61,921 nucleotides of DNA, taken from assembly GCF_002087085.1 (NCBI RefSeq), contig NZ_MWQY01000010.1:124001-185921 (forward strand), read 5' to 3'. Under the pieces are notes generated by a model. It was given only the letters and a program-made list of their open reading frames with translations. It was not told the origin of the DNA and made no database searches. Below are positions 57,769 to 61,921 of the stretch, piece after piece (the first letter of the stretch is position 1; the number at the start of each line of letters is the position of its first letter). A program made the translations under genes and the position numbers.

Positions 57769-57855
57769 TATAATGTATTTACATACTTTACCTATATGAG
57801 TGCAGCAAGATCATATTCACCATTTATGATCTCAACGTATTACAAAGAACCCCTG

Positions 57856-58872
57856 CTATTTCCGCTCAGCCTCTATTTCGGCCATTACAAAGTTGTAAAT
57901 ATCGATTCCGCATTTTTCAACTATCTGGTTCTTCACCGCACCGTTCATGATTTCTCCCATCGCTCTTCGCGCCTCCAGAGGAACTTCATTCACCTCGATT
58001 CCCAGACCGGGAAGTTTATCCAATATCTCTTTTTCCGACGCGGCGATAAGCTCACGATCCAGGCGAATCGTCTTCTTCGCCGCTTCTTCAATCAAAGACC
58101 GATGTTCCGCCGAAAGACCGTCCATGAAATCCTTGTTGGCATACCAGAGCCAGTTCGTATAAACATGCTTTGTCAGCGACCAGTACTTTTGCGCCTCGTA
58201 AAACTTCGCATAGTAAAAACTGGATGTAGCACACTCCTGGCCGTCAATCAGATTCTGCTGCAGAGAAGTGAATACTTCTGACCAGGAAAGGCTGGTCAGA
58301 ACACATCCTACCGATTCCCAGGCGGCAATCTGAATAGGACCCCAACCCCGTATCTTCAATCCTTTCACGTCCTCCGGCTTCATTATGGGATTCTTTCGAT
58401 TCGAAAAATTCCTGAAACCAATCTCCATGTATCCCAGTCCAACAAGATTCATGGATTCCAGAGGCTTCATCAGTTCGATCCCGGCCTTGCCGTCCAGTAC
58501 CCGGTGCGCATGGGTGGCATCATCAAACATATAAAAAGAATCCCAGATGGCAAACTCGGGGATCGTCTGGGTAAAAAGTGTTGTCGCCGTGACGCTCATC
58601 TGAATATCACCGCGCCGGGCCTGCTCGAACATATCCTGTACGCTGCCAAGCTGCCCCCCAGGGAAAACCTGTACTTCAATCTGACCCTGCGATTCTTCTT
58701 CCACAATTTTCTTGAATTCGAGAAATGCTTTGTGTCCGGGAGTCTGTACGTTGTTATCGTGTCCAAGTTTGATCACGATCTTTTCCGCCCCCTTCTCTTT
58801 CTGCCCGTCCGCGATCAAAGTAATGCCACAAAGAATAGACAGCACCATGATGATCATCAATACCTTCTTCAC
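57856..58872 (-). CDS. dctP: TRAP substrate-binding protein, copy 1
   Basis: VFPGGQLG, GFRNF, KGLKIR, EVFTSLQQNLIDGQE; GTG start after AAGGAG. Confidence 0.93.
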   Translation of the reverse strand: MKKVLMIIMVLSILCGITLIADGQKEKGAEKIVIKLGHDNNVQTPGHKAFLEFKKIVEEESQGQIEVQVFPGGQLGSVQDMFEQARRGDIQMSVTATTLFTQTIPEFAIWDSFYMFDDATHAHRVLDGKAGIELMKPLESMNLVGLGYMEIGFRNFSNRKNPIMKPEDVKGLKIRGWGPIQIAAWESVGCVLTSLSWSEVFTSLQQNLIDGQECATSSFYYAKFYEAQKYWSLTKHVYTNWLWYANKDFMDGLSAEHRSLIEEAAKKTIRLDRELIAASEKEILDKLPGLGIEVNEVPLEARRAMGEIMNGAVKNQIVEKCGIDIYNFVMAEIEAERK

Positions 58873-59009
58873 AATCCTTCTCCTTACAAATATTTTCCGA
58901 GTGTATACGTATACACTCATTTTTTTGTTTGAGCTATAAAATTGAATATGCTATTGGCTCCGCTAGTATGTCTGCCTCCTCAGAAGCCGAAACCATGCTG
59001 CATCTTCTC

Positions 59010-60302
59010 TTAAATACGCATATTCAACAGCTTCGGTAACCATAAACTGATATTGGGCACGTAGGTGACTACGAGCAGTACAACAATCATGACCGCTATC
59101 CAGGGTAAAATGGCCTTTGCAATGTCATCGAATTTAATATCACTTATCTGGCAAGCCATAAAGAGGTTACATCCAAGTGGAGGAGTTACAAAACCAATTG
59201 CCAAGTTGAGAACCATAATCACGCCGAAATGGATGGGATTCACTCCAAGGGCAGTCACAACCGGAAGCAAGATCGGAACGAGTATTATTATTGATGCATT
59301 GGTCTCCATAAACGTACCGACAATAAGCAGCAAGATGTTTATAAATATTAGAATAACAATCTTATTCGAAGTGATCTCCAAAATGGAGTTTGCAATCATT
59401 ACGGGGATATTGGTAATTGTAAGGATTCTTCCGAAGCCGGCAGAGATTCCGATGATCACCAATACTGCGGCACAAAGAAGGGCCGCATTATATCCGATGG
59501 ATAATAGATCGGAAATTTTCACCTCTTTATATACAAATACGCTTACTATAATTCCGTAGATACAAGCTACAGCAGCAGCTTCCGTGGGTGTAAAAACCCC
59601 GCCATAGATTCCCCCCAGAACAAAAACAGGCACAAGTAAAGCAGGCACGGCTTCGACAAGAATCAGTATAATATCTTTAAACGAATGCTTTTCGCGGGAA
59701 CCTTCATACCCTTTCTTTATAGAATAAATTAGAGTATATAGCGACAACCCAATACCTATCAGCAATCCGGGTCCGACGCCAGCCATAAACATACCCGTTA
59801 CGGATACACCGGCAGCGACCGCATAGATGACCATGCATACACTTGGCGGTATGATTACCCCTACAGTACCCGCAGAGGCTATAAGCGCACCGGAAAAAGT
59901 TTTTCCATACCCTTTTCTCACCATTTCAGGAATCATAAGCAATCCGATGGCCGCTACCGTCGCCGACCCCGTTCCTGAAATCGCTGCAAAGAAAAGACAA
60001 GCCGCAATAGATACCAGCCCCAGACCTCCTTTAAATCGCCCGAAAAGTAATCCTGTTACCTGAAGCAATCGCTTGGAGATACCTCCTCGTCCCATTATGT
60101 CACCGGCAAACGTAAATAGCGGCACAGCCATCAGAGGGAATGAATTTAATCCCTGGATCATTGTCTGCGTAAAGGACTCGATGCTGATTGGTTTCGCGGT
60201 CAAGATAGTGACCACAGAGGCCATTCCCAAAGAAATACCGATCGGTACGGAAATCATCAAGAATAATATGAAACTTCCAAACAAGGTCATCGTCACCATC
60301 AT
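59010..60302 (-). CDS. dctM: TRAP large permease
   Basis: SFPLMAVPLF, ISGTGSAT, IIPPS, FTPTEAA, TPPLG. Confidence 0.95.
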   Translation of the reverse strand: MMVTMTLFGSFILFLMISVPIGISLGMASVVTILTAKPISIESFTQTMIQGLNSFPLMAVPLFTFAGDIMGRGGISKRLLQVTGLLFGRFKGGLGLVSIAACLFFAAISGTGSATVAAIGLLMIPEMVRKGYGKTFSGALIASAGTVGVIIPPSVCMVIYAVAAGVSVTGMFMAGVGPGLLIGIGLSLYTLIYSIKKGYEGSREKHSFKDIILILVEAVPALLVPVFVLGGIYGGVFTPTEAAAVACIYGIIVSVFVYKEVKISDLLSIGYNAALLCAAVLVIIGISAGFGRILTITNIPVMIANSILEITSNKIVILIFINILLLIVGTFMETNASIIILVPILLPVVTALGVNPIHFGVIMVLNLAIGFVTPPLGCNLFMACQISDIKFDDIAKAILPWIAVMIVVLLVVTYVPNISLWLPKLLNMRI

Positions 60303-60889
60303 TCTACTCCTTCACACGCTCTTACAGTTTCTTTTCGTACGGACTTCGGGAGAAAGCAGATATGCCCCGCGCCGGAATAAATTCCTGCATAGTTTTCGAA
60401 GATTTCCAACGAATCGTGGAATTTATTCAACTTCCATACAATACTCTGAATCAGGCGTATGACCACCAAAGCAAAACCAACGACTCCGGCACCGTATACA
60501 ATATTAAGGGATACATTTATAGTTACCGCCATATCCTTAAAGCGAAAAACGGATTCACAGACCTTCATGGCCGCAATAAAAATCTGGATTGAAAACAACA
60601 GGAATATGAAGTCAGTGGCTAACATGAAATATTTCTGTACTTTTTCACTGAATCGTTTAATCAGTATAGTAACACGAATATGTCTTTGATTTCGGGTGGC
60701 GTAAGAAATACTGAAATACATAAGCCACACAAACATGAACCTGGCAACTTCTTCACCCCAGGAGAAACCGGCAGCAAAGACAAATCTCAGCACTACCTGG
60801 ACAGCAATCAAAATGGTTATTGCGTAGAATAGCACAGCCATCATGACAGGTTCAAAGTTTATATCAATCCATTGCAGGATTTTCCTCAT
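60299..60889 (-). CDS. dctQ: TRAP small permease
   Basis: QVVLR, SWGEEVAR, HIRV. Confidence 0.92.
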   Translation of the reverse strand: MRKILQWIDINFEPVMMAVLFYAITILIAVQVVLRFVFAAGFSWGEEVARFMFVWLMYFSISYATRNQRHIRVTILIKRFSEKVQKYFMLATDFIFLLFSIQIFIAAMKVCESVFRFKDMAVTINVSLNIVYGAGVVGFALVVIRLIQSIVWKLNKFHDSLEIFENYAGIYSGAGHICFLPKSVRKETVRACEGVE

Positions 60890-60962
60890 TTCTCTCCCCT
60901 CCTTACCTAATTTTAACCTGTTTCCCGACCTACTATTTTTCGAGTCGGGAAACTAGGATGAC

Positions 60963-61921
60963 CTATTTCCGCTCAGCCTCTATTTCGGCCATTACAAAGT
61001 TGTAAATATCGATTCCGCATTTTTCAACTATCTGGTTCTTCACCGCACCGTTCATGATTTCTCCCATCGCTCTTCGCGCCTCCAGAGGAACTTCATTCAC
61101 CTCGATTCCCAGACCGGGAAGTTTATCCAATATCTCTTTTTCCGACGCGGCGATAAGCTCACGATCCAGGCGAATCGTCTTCTTCGCCGCTTCTTCAATC
61201 AAAGACCGATGTTCCGCCGAAAGACCGTCCATGAAATCCTTGTTGGCATACCAGAGCCAGTTCGTATAAACATGCTTTGTCAGCGACCAGTACTTTTGCG
61301 CCTCGTAAAACTTCGCATAGTAAAAACTGGATGTAGCACACTCCTGGCCGTCAATCAGATTCTGCTGCAGAGAAGTGAATACTTCCGACCAGGAAAGGCT
61401 GGTCAGAACACATCCTACCGATTCCCAGGCGGCAATCTGAATAGGACCCCAACCCCGTATCTTCAATCCTTTCACGTCCTCCGGCTTCATTATGGGATTC
61501 TTTCGATTCGAAAAATTCCTGAAACCAATCTCCATGTATCCCAGTCCAACAAGATTCATGGATTCCAGAGGCTTCATCAGTTCGATCCCGGCCTTGCCGT
61601 CCAGTACCCGGTGCGCATGGGTGGCATCATCAAACATATAAAAAGAATCCCAGATGGCAAACTCGGGGATCGTCTGGGTAAAAAGTGTTGTCGCCGTGAC
61701 GCTCATCTGAATATCACCGCGCCGGGCCTGCTCGAACATATCCTGTACGCTGCCAAGCTGCCCCCCAGGGAAAACCTGTACTTCAATCTGACCCTGCGAT
61801 TCTTCTTCCACAATTTTCTTGAATTCGAGAAATGCTTTGTGTCCGGGAGTCTGTACGTTGTTATCGTGTCCAAGTTTGATCACGATCTTTTCCGCCCCCT
61901 TCTCTTTCTGCCCGTCCGCGA
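60963..61921 (-). CDS. dctP: TRAP substrate-binding protein, copy 2 (5' end outside the window)
   Basis: Matches 57856-58814 except for one synonymous SNP seen. Confidence 0.93.
   Translation of the reverse strand, partial: ADGQKEKGAEKIVIKLGHDNNVQTPGHKAFLEFKKIVEEESQGQIEVQVFPGGQLGSVQDMFEQARRGDIQMSVTATTLFTQTIPEFAIWDSFYMFDDATHAHRVLDGKAGIELMKPLESMNLVGLGYMEIGFRNFSNRKNPIMKPEDVKGLKIRGWGPIQIAAWESVGCVLTSLSWSEVFTSLQQNLIDGQECATSSFYYAKFYEAQKYWSLTKHVYTNWLWYANKDFMDGLSAEHRSLIEEAAKKTIRLDRELIAASEKEILDKLPGLGIEVNEVPLEARRAMGEIMNGAVKNQIVEKCGIDIYNFVMAEIEAERK

Overview
About 62 kb of bacterial chromosome, mostly moderately GC-rich. It is probably from an anaerobic free-living spirochaete; this is inferred from solute-binding protein N-termini such as 'ALFAGGGSE' and 'VSAGGKGE'. 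No cas genes, integrases or full-length transposases are present. In order, the window holds: a hexuronate locus (uxaC start, uxuB-like SDR, DeoR / HAD, LarA-family epimerase, gnd); an orphan promoter-to-terminator unit that may be a structured RNA; a corrinoid methyltransferase system; a PTS-EIIA/PII-like fusion with a cation:proton antiporter; a YtrA-type ABC operon; clpS-clpA-aat; an AT-richer TRAP/AKR/DapA island; MCP-cheW and an orphan response regulator; an ABC-F gene with an MRL-uORF attenuator; a DUF134/DUF5320/MinD-ferredoxin/NifX/radical SAM cluster; a YedE-TusA-desulfurase-DUF3343 selenium-type operon; a sugar ABC and split-transketolase operon; tRNA-Arg(CCG) and tRNA-Phe(GAA) flanked by two MITE-like elements; a NitT/TauT ABC system; an MFS/ROK pair separated by an 81-bp tandem repeat; and an AT-rich TRAP island with a near-identical dctP duplication. 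The best candidate for a new system is the ~175-nt leader of the selenium-type operon. It holds a uORF with an in-frame UGA followed, at canonical spacing, by a SECIS-like hairpin, so it may be a selenocysteine-sensing leader-peptide attenuator. All calls come from reading the sequence; no searches were run.
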